From positions 1,612,001 to 1,676,000 of the forward strand of contig BCGN01000001.1 of assembly GCA_001599295.1 (NCBI GenBank): DNA of 64,000 nucleotides, read 5' to 3'. The position numbers and the translations under genes were made by a program. Within the stretch, counting starts at the first letter, position 1. Each line of letters starts with the position of its first letter. This DNA comes from Sporopachydermia quercuum (taxonomy: Eukaryota). The notes beneath the pieces were generated by a model, which worked only from the letters and a program-made list of their open reading frames with translations, was not told the DNA's origin and did not search any database. This document shows positions 1 through 12,052 of the stretch, one piece after another.

Positions 1-723
1 CAATTCAAGGTTTTGACCTAGTTTACCTATCTTAACCATTTTATACCAAAAGAATCCTCGCGACATGCAGATCTAAAAACTAAGATAATTCTCAAAAAAG
101 CCAATATTTAATCCTATTTCTGTCTCGTATGGAAAATCTCTCCATTGAAAACCCCACTGCTCAAGTACACCTTATCTAAGAAATGGNCTCCGTGTCACGC
201 TTAATAATGACACAACCTCGAAAAGTTCCTTGTAATTCACGTGACAATCCCTACAATGCATCAGCCAAATTTGTACCATTCTGTGACTTTCTGTAGGCAA
301 AAAAAGAAAAGAAACATCCTTTTTCTCCCTTTCTCCTATATCCTTAAGTATGACCTAAACACACTTGTTATTATTGAACTGTTGATAGAATGAATAAGAA
401 GCATATAACAGTAGTTTTTTATTGATAACATTCTTCAAAAGTGGTGTTAGAGTTGTAATAATTTTTTTGTTGATTTCTAATATACATTTAAGCACTCAAG
501 GTACACAGATAGTTGAGAGTTGAAAGTTGAAGGTGACCAGAACAAGCGTTTGATGGTAGAACAGATAGTAGTTGTTTTTCCCAGTAGATAAAAGAACAGT
601 ATTGATTATAAGATATATAACAGCCTTTTTATATCATCAGAAGTTACCAGAACTGTTTCTCAAGATTCAAACAAGCAAACTACAAGAAAATAAAAAAGAA
701 AGTAATACGTAATATTATTCAGA

Positions 724-1640
724 ATGTCCAGTGGAAGTGCAGCTATCCTCGCTCGTCAATACAGAGAGTTAACAGACCCCAAGAAGGCTATTCCTTCATT
801 TCATATTGAAGTAAGTAGATATTGTAACGTACTGTTTTATGGAATGTAAATGATTCTTTGGATGAATTATGATACTAACTATTTTTCATAGCTTGAAGAT
901 GATGATATATATAGATGGTAAGTTAATGGTTTTCGTTTTCGCGTCTAATTAGTTCTGATACCAACAGAATAAACTTGATTGCTATAGATACATTACTAAC
1001 TAAATAAAACAGGAATGTTGGTGTTATGGTATTGAATGAAGACTCTATTTACCATGGCGGCTATTTCAAAGCTCAAATGAAGTTTCCTATTGACTATCCA
1101 TTCCACCCTCCTACATTCAGATTCACTCCTGCTATTTATCACCCAAATGTTTACAGAGATGGTAGATTATGCATTTCCATTCTCCATCAAGGTGGAGATC
1201 CAACGTCAGGAGAGTCTGATGCTGAAACATGGAGTCCCGCACAAACTGTTGAATCTGTATTGATTTCTATCGTATCTCTATTGGAAGACCCCAATACCGA
1301 TTCACCAGCAAATGTTGATGCTTCAGTGGATTGGAGGAAAGACAGAGAGGCATTTAATAAAAGGGTTTTGATGGACGTAGAACGATCAAAACAAGATATA
1401 CCNGAAGGCTTTGTTATGCCAAGCGCTTCCACAGCATACGTGTCATCAAAACCAAATCCGACACTTGAAGAACCTGTTGATGATGATTTCTGGTATGAAT
1501 CCGAAGATGATGATGAGGAAGATGAGGACGATATTAGTATTGATAGTGAAAGTTTAATGGAGCAGGACGATGATGATGATGACGACGAAGACGAAGAAGT
1601 AAGCAGCGCAAATGAGGATGAAGAAATTAAAGGAAAATGA
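724..1640 (+). CDS. CDC34: E2 ubiquitin-conjugating enzyme Cdc34/Ubc3; 3 exons (724-810, 892-917, 1013-1640), 246 aa
   Basis: UBC core HPNVYRDGRLCISILH with acidic loop and acidic C-tail. Introns 811-891 (GTAAGT/TACTAAC/TAG) and 918-1012 (GTAAGT/TACTAAC/CAG) join MSSGSAAILARQYRELTDPKKAIPSFHIE-LEDDDIYRW-NVGVMVLNEDS in frame. Confidence 0.96.
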
Positions 1641-2411
1641 GTGTCTTTCCAACAATGCATACTAGGTACTTTCAGTCTTAATGGACTAATAGATTTCTGT
1701 TCTTACATTCTCGGAGTATCACAATATATTTGGATCAAATCCTGAAGAAGTATTGACATCAACAACATATCCAAATAACAAGGAAATATGAATAACAATG
1801 ACAATGACATTACAATTAAGATAGTTCATTGTTGAATCAGCAGCTGATCCTCGCAACATAATACCCTCTTTTTTTTCTTCTTGCTTATCCGCTATCACCA
1901 TTTATTTCTACTTTTTGTTTCTATGACTGGAATGTCAATTCTCCTCAGTGATCCTCATTTCTCTTTTTCTTTGTATTACATTTTATTTTGTTCCTCACAT
2001 CTGTCATTATATGGTTTTATTTCATTGGGTCTGGTTTTCGTTTGCTCTACTTTTCTGTCCTTTCTTGTCTTTTCCAATCAATAATTTAATAGATCGATCA
2101 AACAAACATTCGTTCACTCGCAATACTAACATCGATCTCTTTTCGTCATTGCTTCATTCCCTTTTATCATCTACATTGTTATATTCATGTTTTCATTCTT
2201 TTTTTTTGTTTTCAATCAGGTTTTCAGGTGGAAGTGTAACGTTATAATCTATTTCCGTTTATTATATTTAGTATCAGCACTGTTCTTAAGTTTCGTATTA
2301 TACAAGTTTATAGTGATTAAATGCTAAAACGATTTCATACATTAATCTCATTCTCCTGATCTCCCTCTCTGTATGATTATCAATCTCCACCATTCCTTAC
2401 CTATAAACGCT

Positions 2412-2849
2412 TCACTGAATAGCTCTTAAGTCTGACAGTCCTGACTGAGATAGCATCTCCGCTATTTGTGTTCCAATTATCTTCACTTCCCCTAAAGGTG
2501 CATCCAATTCACTAACCATCATCAGCAGCAGTTCTGAGTTTCCTGGAATTGTGAATACACTCACCGCAACATCATTGGTACTCAGGCTGAAGTATGTCGT
2601 CTTGGGATATATGGAACTATATTGGCTGTAGACACTACCACATAGCAAGGAGTAAAGTTTTATCTTNGGCCTATGTTCATTCTCAATTGCAGAACTTGAA
2701 TACACAGTACTTAGAACAGACCCAGAGACCGCTAGTAAGCTGCATACTTGCACACGACTTGAAGGTAATCCTGTGTGTAGACCATCAATTTCATCGTTGG
2801 GATTAACCACTTGAGCCAGAGCTCTGTGTAGTGCTTGACTTTTCAGCAT
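2412..2849 (-). CDS. SLM4: EGO complex subunit Ego3/Slm4 (roadblock/LAMTOR-like), 145 aa
   Basis: N-terminus MLKSQALHRALAQV and C-terminal IPGNSELLLMMVSELDAPLGEVKI resemble Ego3 as recalled; size fits; lies next to CDC34. Confidence 0.72.
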   Translation of the reverse strand: MLKSQALHRALAQVVNPNDEIDGLHTGLPSSRVQVCSLLAVSGSVLSTVYSSSAIENEHRXKIKLYSLLCGSVYSQYSSIYPKTTYFSLSTNDVAVSVFTIPGNSELLLMMVSELDAPLGEVKIIGTQIAEMLSQSGLSDLRAIQ

Positions 2850-3772
2850 TTGAACAGGAACTTACGCTGATGAACGAACCTATACTATAATATTCTACGC
2901 ACGTTCAAACCCTCTTTTGTATTTCAAACTATTGAAATCAGCCCGTACCACGCTAGTGATATAGTCCACGGTCTAAAGCTTCTAGTCTAGGCTTAAATGT
3001 GTAGATCGATCTCTGATGGTGATAGCATCTAAAAGATATATTTGATTTGTATGACATAACAGAAAAAAATGGGTTGGTGACAAAAACAAATGACATGCAG
3101 AATGTCAGAGAGTAAGCCTTCAACCAATCCATTCTTTTAAAGATAAAGGTTAGTACATAATAGTCTACCTGTTCAATAATTCTACACCTGGAATCTTTAC
3201 CTATTACAACCAGTAAATTTCCTATAAATTTTTATTATTGATAAAACAGACGAATTATCACTAAAAGAGGCTGAACCTCTATTGTCAACATTACCAGCTT
3301 TATCATGATATTGTCATATTAATCAGTCCCCCCCTACTTCTTTAGTCACTCGAATTACCTTCCCTTATGTCTCACGGGTATTTTACGCTTACGTAATCAC
3401 AAATATATAGTTTGCGCTTTTGTTTGTTTTGGAACAAACACTAACCGAATTTGGATGTTTGTATTCCTTGCTCTAGTAACCAACATTCCAACTAAAAGTC
3501 AAGCAAATTTCCAATCAGAGGGTCAGTTCCTCTGAAGTATCATCAATTCAAAACATTAGAATTGTAAAGAATAGTCAACAAAAGTAACTGCTCAACTAAC
3601 TAACCTTTTTATTATATCATACCCTCGTATTTGCTACTATAACGAATACTAACTAGTAGCAGTTGTCATTTCAACGGGGAGTATAGTATAGCCAAAAACA
3701 CCAAGCAATAAGTTGATATGAAGTTATAGAACGTATATATATGAATCACAGCGGTTAGACGATTGGATCAGG

Positions 3773-5842
3773 ATGGAATCGTGGCAGAGGTCCAAAATCT
3801 CGAATGGAACTACCTCACGTAGTCCGTTGAAAGAACTAACCACTGAATTAAATATTGATGTTGATACGCGCTCAAGAAAGAAGTCAAAAACAACTGTTCA
3901 AAAGCAGTTGACAGATAGGAAAATTAAAAGTCAAGATCGTCAAACACAGGAGAAAACAGATGTATTCAATGACGATATTAAAGGACCCGTACTTTCAACC
4001 GCAGGTGGTTCAAATGCTGTGTCAGCAACAATTACTCCTGGTGCGACTCCAACTACTACTGATGATACTAATGCAAGGAATCCTACAGCTCAAACAGAAT
4101 CAAAAACTTTTGATTTAAGAGCATGGCGTAAGCAGTGGCGCGTTATCTTATCACATTCAGTTGCTTACTTCGATCCTCCAGATCCCTCAGATGCTAAAGA
4201 ATATGAAAAATCGAAGGCGACTTTGATATCTCTTGGTGTCAAATTTGCAAAGTTTTTCGATAAAACTGTTACTTTGCTCATAACTAGTAGACCCAGCGAT
4301 TCTACTGAGCTAATCTACAAAGCATCAAAGATGGGCATTAAAATCTGGTCTTATGAAAAATTGGTGAGATTTCTTGATAATTTATTAGACCGAGGCAAGT
4401 TTAGATCACCTGCGTTATCTACGTTACTAAGAGATGAGAAACTCTTTGGTCCAGCGGATAGAGATCCCAGAGCCAAACGTGATGATTATCACTATTTCAA
4501 AGGTCCCTATTTATTAGTACATGATATTTCTGGGGTTTATAAAACAGTCGTTACAAAGGAATATCCTAAAGTTGCCAATTCTGATTACGGAGCATGGCCT
4601 CAATTTCGATTATCTTATAATGGTAAATGTCCTTTTATTTTCAGTAGGCCGACATCTTCTATTCAGGAACGTTATAAGGAGGTTGGACGTATGAAGAAAC
4701 GTGATAAGATGCTGAAGATGCAGAATAGGAAGCGGAAACGTAGAGATGAATCAGGTATGGATTATGAAGAAGGGGAAGATGATGACGCTGATGACAACGA
4801 TGATGAGGAGGAGGCAGATGAAGAAGCTGAAGATGTTGACGTTGGAATGGAAGACAGTCAGGCGGAAAACAATAATGAGAAGGAAGAAGAGTTGATAGTT
4901 GCAGAGGAGAATGGAGATCCTGGTGGAAAGGAAGCCGAGGATCAAACCAAGATGGCAGAAGAGTGTCAGGAAGAAGACGATGATGGTGAGGAAGAGTCGG
5001 TTGATGATGAAGAGCAAGTAGAAGTTGAACTTGAAGAAGATGGAAGGAGGGGCACCACGGTCGAAAGCAAACAGCATGATACTCTCGAGTATCAAAATGA
5101 AAAAACAAATCATAACAATGATAAGAATCATATTAGTAATTTCAATGAAGAAGAGGAAGAAGAAGGTGATAATGAGGAGCATGAGGAACAGGATGAGGAA
5201 GGTATTGCTGATGGCAATGAAAATGAAGAAGAGCAAGAAGAAAGAAATGATAAGAAAGCATATTCCAACAGTCTTATGAGCAACATAAATGGAGATCGTG
5301 ATGAACTGCTTGCAGGTAAAACTCAATGTGAGGCTGACGGAACCAACTCAAAAGGTAATAATGATGAAACATATAAAGGCTCCAGCACTATCGCGAACAA
5401 CATTGGAGCTCATACAAATGATTCTAAAGTAAATGGAACTATGTGTGACAGTAGAGCTGAAACTTCAACTGCGACCAATGGTAGATTCTTTGAAATNACT
5501 GCATCGGGAGTGAATATGTCCACTGTAACATCTACAGCACGGTCATTNGTTCAATCTGGTGATAACGCTCAGAATGGCAATGGGCTTGGTCCAGCCACAG
5601 CTCAAGCATCAAAGGAAGTGAAGTCATTGAAGAAGAAGTTATTTGAAAAAAAGAAATCGTCCTCAAAACAAAAAGCAAAAGAAGATACCAGCGGATATTG
5701 TGAGAATTGTCGTGAGAAGTATGATGACCTTGCAGCGCATACCGTATCAAAGCGTCATAGAAGATTTGCTTTACAGGATTCAAATTTTAAAGCCATTGAT
5801 GATCTCATCGAAAAGATCAACCGTGATCAATATGGTTGGTAA
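3773..5842 (+). CDS. DBF4: Cdc7 kinase regulatory subunit Dbf4, 689 aa
   Basis: Motif N/BRCT-like (WRKQWRVILSHSVAYFD...IKIWSYEKL), motif M (DDYHYFKGPYLLVHD) and C-terminal zinc finger GYCENCREKYDDLAAHTVSKRH. Confidence 0.93.
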   Translation: MESWQRSKISNGTTSRSPLKELTTELNIDVDTRSRKKSKTTVQKQLTDRKIKSQDRQTQEKTDVFNDDIKGPVLSTAGGSNAVSATITPGATPTTTDDTNARNPTAQTESKTFDLRAWRKQWRVILSHSVAYFDPPDPSDAKEYEKSKATLISLGVKFAKFFDKTVTLLITSRPSDSTELIYKASKMGIKIWSYEKLVRFLDNLLDRGKFRSPALSTLLRDEKLFGPADRDPRAKRDDYHYFKGPYLLVHDISGVYKTVVTKEYPKVANSDYGAWPQFRLSYNGKCPFIFSRPTSSIQERYKEVGRMKKRDKMLKMQNRKRKRRDESGMDYEEGEDDDADDNDDEEEADEEAEDVDVGMEDSQAENNNEKEEELIVAEENGDPGGKEAEDQTKMAEECQEEDDDGEEESVDDEEQVEVELEEDGRRGTTVESKQHDTLEYQNEKTNHNNDKNHISNFNEEEEEEGDNEEHEEQDEEGIADGNENEEEQEERNDKKAYSNSLMSNINGDRDELLAGKTQCEADGTNSKGNNDETYKGSSTIANNIGAHTNDSKVNGTMCDSRAETSTATNGRFFEXTASGVNMSTVTSTARSXVQSGDNAQNGNGLGPATAQASKEVKSLKKKLFEKKKSSSKQKAKEDTSGYCENCREKYDDLAAHTVSKRHRRFALQDSNFKAIDDLIEKINRDQYGW

Positions 5843-7023
5843 GTCACTTAGTTACGTGGCTATGTATTAATAATTCATTCTCATTTCCTCTTATGTATTT
5901 TTAGTATATTCATTATTGCATAGTCTATCTAGTTTAAATCTAATTTGAACATTTAATCATTCTGAGAGATGTAGGAAACTGGGAATCTCGGGATGTACAT
6001 TATTAGTAAAAATGAGATCAGCCCAAGACACAATTGATTGAAAGCTGTTACTAAAGTTATAATCTTCCTTTCTGACAGAAAAACCTGTGATAAATGATGA
6101 GAGTTTGATCTGTATTTCATTGTCTTTTGATTTCTTAAATTTTGATTATAAGATTCAATTTAAAGTTGGCAAAGGAATCAACATTGCATAACACTGCATA
6201 CTTGTGAATCTGGGCTCCAATGTAACCATCATAAGGATTTAATGAGATNAAATTGAAAATATGGGGATGGAAATAATTATTATTCTCTCACTGTTACTAA
6301 ATTAATATAATTAAAATTATGCAAAGTAATGTAAACATAAGATTAAGTGATTCTTTTGCTATAGGAGACTGTTACCAGCTCAATAAAATTTAGAATTCTA
6401 TTAAGGTTCTCGTAAAGCTTTTTTTATGGTTTAAACTACCTTTGATCATCTATTTATCAAGTGAAACATCCTGTTTACTTGAAAACTCCGTATAATAAGA
6501 CTAAACTGAAAAGTTTTAATCTCATTGTTGCACCACTATGAGGTTAATAAAAACTTCCGTTTTCTTCAGAACGGCCAACTTTTCCTCTTTCCATACCACA
6601 AACAAGCAACAGTATTGCTAGTATGCCACTGATATGCACAGCCGAGTAACTTCATTCTACATCTGGAACTCAACTTCCTATTTGATCTATTGATCTCTCT
6701 TCGAAACATTAATTCCCTTTCCAGCATGCATTATAATAATTTTTTTTATATTTTCATCTTTTTTTCTCAGCTTTTCTCTTTCTTTACAATACACCAATAT
6801 ATTGCTATTCAACAACTATTCATCTTAGGTTTCTTGATCATTTTCTACTAAACAGTTGAAATTGATAACTGTTTCCCATATTTCTTCCAACTTTCTGTTA
6901 GTCAGATAAGTACATACTCAAACTATCAGGTATACCAGTGGTTCATTCGCATTCATACATCAGTAAAGTTCAACTAATCATCAATTGGTTATTCACTGAT
7001 TTGAGTATAAGTTGTTTGTCGAA

Positions 7024-8394
7024 ATGAGTACTAGCCGTAATATAAACGAGGATGGATATTCATCGTCAGATGAAGAGCTTGATTACTCAAATGATACTCC
7101 TACCTTTCTGGCATTTGTGGATAAACGTGTTGAACTGAATGATGAGATAACAATTGAAGATACATTTGCTGGAGGCCAACCTGTAAGTANTTTCAACCTT
7201 TTTGCTTGATTTAACTGATAAAAAGAAAAAATGGGAAATATCTTTTTTAGTGAACAGTTAACTAACAATTCACAGCTTTGGCTAGGAAGTANTATACCAA
7301 AATCTGATCTATTAACTTGCAAAATTTGTAGTAAGCCCCTATCATTATTAGTGCAAGCTTATGCTCCATTAGAAGATCAAAATTACGATAGAATTATCTA
7401 TGTTTTAGGTTGTAAAGATAATAAATGTTTCAAGAAAGATGGTTGTATCAGAGCTATCAGAGGAGTTAGGAAAGATGAAAAGAAAATAGCAATGAAACAT
7501 CATGCGCATGAAGCAGAGAAGGCTTTACTAGAAAAGAAGAACCAAGCTGAAAAGTTGGCTGAAGAGAAAGCAAGAGAAAAACTAGCGACACTTGGATCAG
7601 CAATTTTTGGAGGTTCTGGAATCGAAAGTAATCCATTCGCGAATCCTTTTGCTAGTGGTAATAGTAATGTATCTTCAGGTAAGGATAATGCTGGTACAAA
7701 AGACGAAGGAAAAAATAAAGATAAAGGTTCACAACAGGAAACTAAGAATCAAGAACCAAAGTCAAATTCAGATTCAGAAACAGCATTATCAGCTTCATTT
7801 TCTGATCCAATTACAACTCCCGGTAGTTTCAACCGAGATATACCATCATATCCAGCATACTTTCTTTATGTTGAGGAAGAATCATTGAAACAATCAAGCA
7901 AATCCAAATTTGACACCCAGAACATTCAAATAGAAGAAGAATCAACAGAAGATGATGGTGAAGTATCATCCAAGATCAAGAAACTACAATCAGTCGAATC
8001 AGATATTATGAAACAAGTGAGTTTAGATGAAACCTTTACTCATTTCACTGAAATCGTTGAAATGAACAGTTCTCAAATACTAAGATACAATTTGAGTGCT
8101 AGACCGCTATTATACAGTTCAAAGGATAATATAGCAGAGTTGTTTCTTAAAACAGCAAATGGACATAGTAGTAAAAATGTGATTCCGAAATTGAATGAGT
8201 CCGGATCAGATCGAGTATTTGAATTGCAATTGATGCCAGGGCTGATATCTCTATTGGAAAAAGGAGGAGATTTGATTAGTGGTATGGAATGGGGAACTAT
8301 TATAGTTGGTACGGCCGAAGATGATTGGTGTGGTGAATTAGATGATGAAGGAGTTGCGTATGTTGAAGAATGGGTTGGTATTCAATGGGAGTAG
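7024..8394 (+). CDS. TSR4: Tsr4/PDCD2L ribosomal protein chaperone; 2 exons (7024-7182, 7276-8394), 425 aa
   Basis: IEDTFAGGQP|LWL joined by intron 7183-7275 (GTAAGT/AACTAAC/CAG); CKIC...LLVQAYAPL; PDCD2_C motifs QILRY, FELQLMP, GMEWGTIIV, EEWVGIQWE. Confidence 0.93.
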
Positions 8395-8786
8395 CTGTAG
8401 ATGATGATTGGTCGGTTCTCGTAGGAATGTATAAATGTCTGAATAAGGAGTAAATTATTGACGGAATTAAATCTGTCAGAATTATAAAGCTGTTGATATG
8501 TGATTATAAACACTGTTGATATATTCAATATAAGTTTTGCTACCGTTGAGAGCATAATAATGTTTTGTTTTGATGAGCTTATAAAGAACTAAACCTACCA
8601 CTACTATTATTACATTTCTCCTTCAATAGTAGATCATCAAATCTATCTAGCCATTTCTACATAAACTAGACATATATAATAAATTCATCTATTTTAGTTG
8701 TATGTACAAGATTCATATAATCACATCACAGTCTACTAATGGTCCTAAATAATTATTACGCCGATTCCTTTGGCTATAAGCCTCAA

Positions 8787-11207
8787 TTATAAGTGCTGTT
8801 TTACCTCTTTCTTTTCGATAACATTGATAACGTCGTCCTTCTCAAATTCATCCCAACCATCAAAACTCAAACCGCACTCAACACCTTTATTGACAGAACT
8901 CACTTCATTTTTACCTTGCTGTAAAGTTTTAATCTTTCCTTCATATACCACTTTATTCTTTCTTAGAACAGTAACGAGAGAATTCTTATTAACAATACCA
9001 GAATTAACTCTGCAACCAGCAACTTTAACCACAGACTTCTTCTTAGTAATAGAAAACACATTTTTAATAAAAACTTCGCCAATAGTGGAAATTTCAGTCT
9101 TAGATGGTAGATGGCCACTCAAAGTCTCAGTGACATCTTCAATTAACTTATAGATAATAGTGTGATTATGAACAGGAACACCAGCTCTTTCGGCTTTATG
9201 TTCAGCTTCTTTCGATAGAGGTACATTGAATGTGAATATTTCAGCTTTTGATGAGATAGCTAAATCAATATCCGATTCACTCAAAGGACCAACACCACTG
9301 TCTAATACAAAGCATGAGACTTGGTTATTCCCAATACCAGATACAGCTTCAGTTACAGCTTCAACAGATCCCGAGAAATCAGCTTTGATAATCATAGGAA
9401 TAGATTGATGCTCGAATTCATCGTTTTTGGTTGAAGCATCTTCTGATGATTCTGTTGTTTTACCTTCACTTTCAATGTCTTCAGGATTCANCCCGTATTT
9501 ACGTAACTCTTCTAACTTTTCCTTCTCGCGAGCTTCATCAAGTAATTTCTGCCTTGTTTCATTCAAAATCTCAATGTCTTTTGCCTGTTCTTTACGTTTT
9601 TCTCTAATCAGTCTACTTACAACAACTTTCTTAGCAGTAGCCTCATCTTTAACTTGAAGTACTTCATCACCAGCTTCAGGAAGTTCTTTCCAACCACTAA
9701 TTTCAACAGGGGTTCCTGGTCCTGCAGACTTGATAGTTTTGCTATTTTCATCCTTGAGTAAACGGATTTTAGCCCAAGACTTACCGGCTACTACAATCAT
9801 TCCTGGTTTCAAAGTACCTTGACGAACTAAAACTGAAGAGATACTTCCTTGTCCCTTACGCACTTGACTTTCAATGATCCAACCTTCAGCTTTAGCCTTG
9901 GGATCAGCACGAACATCTAAAACTTCGCTCAACGTCAAAATGGCTTCTTCTAGTTCATCGATACCAAAGCCTGTTTTACCGCTAACCCGTACAGCTTGTA
10001 TGTCACCACCGTATTCTTCGCAAAGGATTTCGTTCTCAGCCAAATCAGCAATAACTTTCTGAGGTGCAGCATCTTCACGATCTACTTTATTCACAGCGAC
10101 AATACAATTGACGCCTGCTGCATTGATATGTTTGATGGCTTCTTTCGTTTGAGGCATAACTGAATCATCAGCTGCTACAACTAGAATGACTATATCGGTA
10201 ATATTAGCTCCTCGTTCACGCATTTTCAAGAAAGCAGCGTGACCAGGGGTATCAAGGAAAGTAATCAGTTTTCCCGATGGTAATTTCACAGAAAATGCAC
10301 CAATTCTTTGTGTAATACCTCCATGTTCTGAAGCTGCTATTTGCGATTTACGAAGATAATCCAAAATAGTAGTTTTCCCATGATCAACGTGCCCCATAAT
10401 AGCAACCACGGGAGGTCTTAGAGGAAGCTTGGAGATGTCCTCTGGTGGTGGTGACGGATATACATCAAATAATGTATCCTGTTCTTCTTCTATGACTGCT
10501 TCGAATCCAAACTCGTCAGCAATCAAACCAGCAGTTTCAGGATCGAGCATATGGTTATGGGATACGTTTTCAAATCCTAAATCATCCATCTTCGATTGGA
10601 TATAGTTTAACCGAACAGAAAGAATATTGGCAAGGGTTGAAACGGAAACAAATTGGGGGATAGATATCTTCCGCTTTATTGATCTCCGTTGATGTTTCCG
10701 TGATGTGGCTCTTTCTCGTGACGATTCATTGTTCATTGATTTGCCAGTGTTTGCTCTAAAAATGAGATTTGAAAGTCCTTTATCCGTAGAAGTTTTGTGG
10801 TTATTCTGAGTTTTTTGCTGAGACCGAATTCGCTGATTTTGTTGGCTCTGCTGGTTCTGTTGGCTCTGCTGGTTCTGTTGGCTCTGTTGACGTTTTCTGT
10901 GATCTTTCTGAGATGTGGATTCTGATCGATTAGTGCTATGCCTTTGTGTATGCTCTTTGTTCGCTGGTTCAGAAAACTCCTGCACATGACTAGTCTGATC
11001 TGTATTTGTGGCATTCGCAGGTTTTGACTCCTTTTTGAAAGGATTCGAAAATCTGGAAATTTTCGGTTTCTTTGGCGGTAATCCATTCAAAATGTCATTG
11101 CTGAGTTGTATTGAGGAGTTAGTGAAAGGTCTGGTCCACAGTCCCTGAGGAACCTGCCTGATCACCTGCTTAGATAAAGTGGCTAGTTTCAATTGTACAC
11201 GATACAT
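8787..11207 (-). CDS. IFM1: Mitochondrial translation initiation factor 2, 806 aa
   Basis: RPPVVAIMGHVDHGKTT, GGITQRIGAF, DTPGH and NKVD GTPase motifs; IF2 C-terminal ECGL; basic N-terminal presequence. Confidence 0.96.
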   Translation of the reverse strand: MYRVQLKLATLSKQVIRQVPQGLWTRPFTNSSIQLSNDILNGLPPKKPKISRFSNPFKKESKPANATNTDQTSHVQEFSEPANKEHTQRHSTNRSESTSQKDHRKRQQSQQNQQSQQNQQSQQNQRIRSQQKTQNNHKTSTDKGLSNLIFRANTGKSMNNESSRERATSRKHQRRSIKRKISIPQFVSVSTLANILSVRLNYIQSKMDDLGFENVSHNHMLDPETAGLIADEFGFEAVIEEEQDTLFDVYPSPPPEDISKLPLRPPVVAIMGHVDHGKTTILDYLRKSQIAASEHGGITQRIGAFSVKLPSGKLITFLDTPGHAAFLKMRERGANITDIVILVVAADDSVMPQTKEAIKHINAAGVNCIVAVNKVDREDAAPQKVIADLAENEILCEEYGGDIQAVRVSGKTGFGIDELEEAILTLSEVLDVRADPKAKAEGWIIESQVRKGQGSISSVLVRQGTLKPGMIVVAGKSWAKIRLLKDENSKTIKSAGPGTPVEISGWKELPEAGDEVLQVKDEATAKKVVVSRLIREKRKEQAKDIEILNETRQKLLDEAREKEKLEELRKYGXNPEDIESEGKTTESSEDASTKNDEFEHQSIPMIIKADFSGSVEAVTEAVSGIGNNQVSCFVLDSGVGPLSESDIDLAISSKAEIFTFNVPLSKEAEHKAERAGVPVHNHTIIYKLIEDVTETLSGHLPSKTEISTIGEVFIKNVFSITKKKSVVKVAGCRVNSGIVNKNSLVTVLRKNKVVYEGKIKTLQQGKNEVSSVNKGVECGLSFDGWDEFEKDDVINVIEKKEVKQHL
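10840..10886. repeat. 18-bp tandem repeat (about 2.6 copies) encoding SQQNQQ in the IFM1 N-terminal linker
   Basis: tgttggctctgctggttc x2 plus a partial third copy. Confidence 0.9.
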
Positions 11208-11825
11208 GATAAACTAGGTTAATATGCTAAGAGAGCTCTCCTTGGTTGCAAAAAAGTACTTTGAAGTAATGCCAATTAAGGTAACATCTATAGTTGTAAT
11301 GATATGTATCAGTGAATTATTTGTACTAGAAACGAGTGAAAGTTGAAAAATTGATTAATGTGGAAATAAAATATCGGATATCATAACGCCAAATGTTCGG
11401 ACGTTATGCATATTCATGCATGGATGAAAGTTTATTATTGTTTTACATGTTGGGGGTGTTTAAAAAATTGTGCTTAATGTGAAATTTAAAATAAGACAGA
11501 ATTGACAGCATATGGTGTTGGTTTCTCTAAGTGATAGCATTTTACTTGGTATCTGACAACGATTATAGATAGTTTCGAATAGATCATACACAAGTTATAT
11601 TGTAATAAAGAAATTGGGGTTGAGAATGGATTGACTGAGAATAGAAGGAATATCTATTACGTTCAGCACCATAGTTATTCACTGTAGATTTGTGTTGACG
11701 CGACACGTCTTGATTCATTCGTAGAAGATATTATATTTACTTTACAGAATATGACACTTCATTTCAACAGATTAACATGAAAGAAAATGATTAGTAATTA
11801 AATAATAACTGGTAGTATTTCGTTT

Positions 11826-11855
11826 TAATTTGTTAATTTGCTAATTTGTTAATTT
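11826..11855. repeat. 8-bp tandem repeat TAATTTG(T/C), about 3.7 copies
   Basis: taatttgt taatttgc taatttgt taattt in the intergenic region. Confidence 0.75.
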
Positions 11856-12052
11856 AAAACGTTGATCTATCGTGATACTACCTCTGATTACTTTTACTAT
11901 TGATTTATAGTATATGCCAACTGTGTCAATTTACTCCACAGTAACATCATTGTAACTATATCAACTTATGAGTAACGAACTACGCTAATAAATTCTAAAT
12001 GTATACAATAAAACATCAAGAATAATCAAAAGGCAGAATCAATTAAACTAAA

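Noticed and set aside
1187..5326. Poly-Ser/Phe/His antisense ORFs over CDC34 and DBF4
   Set aside because: Reverse-complement artefacts of acidic codon runs.
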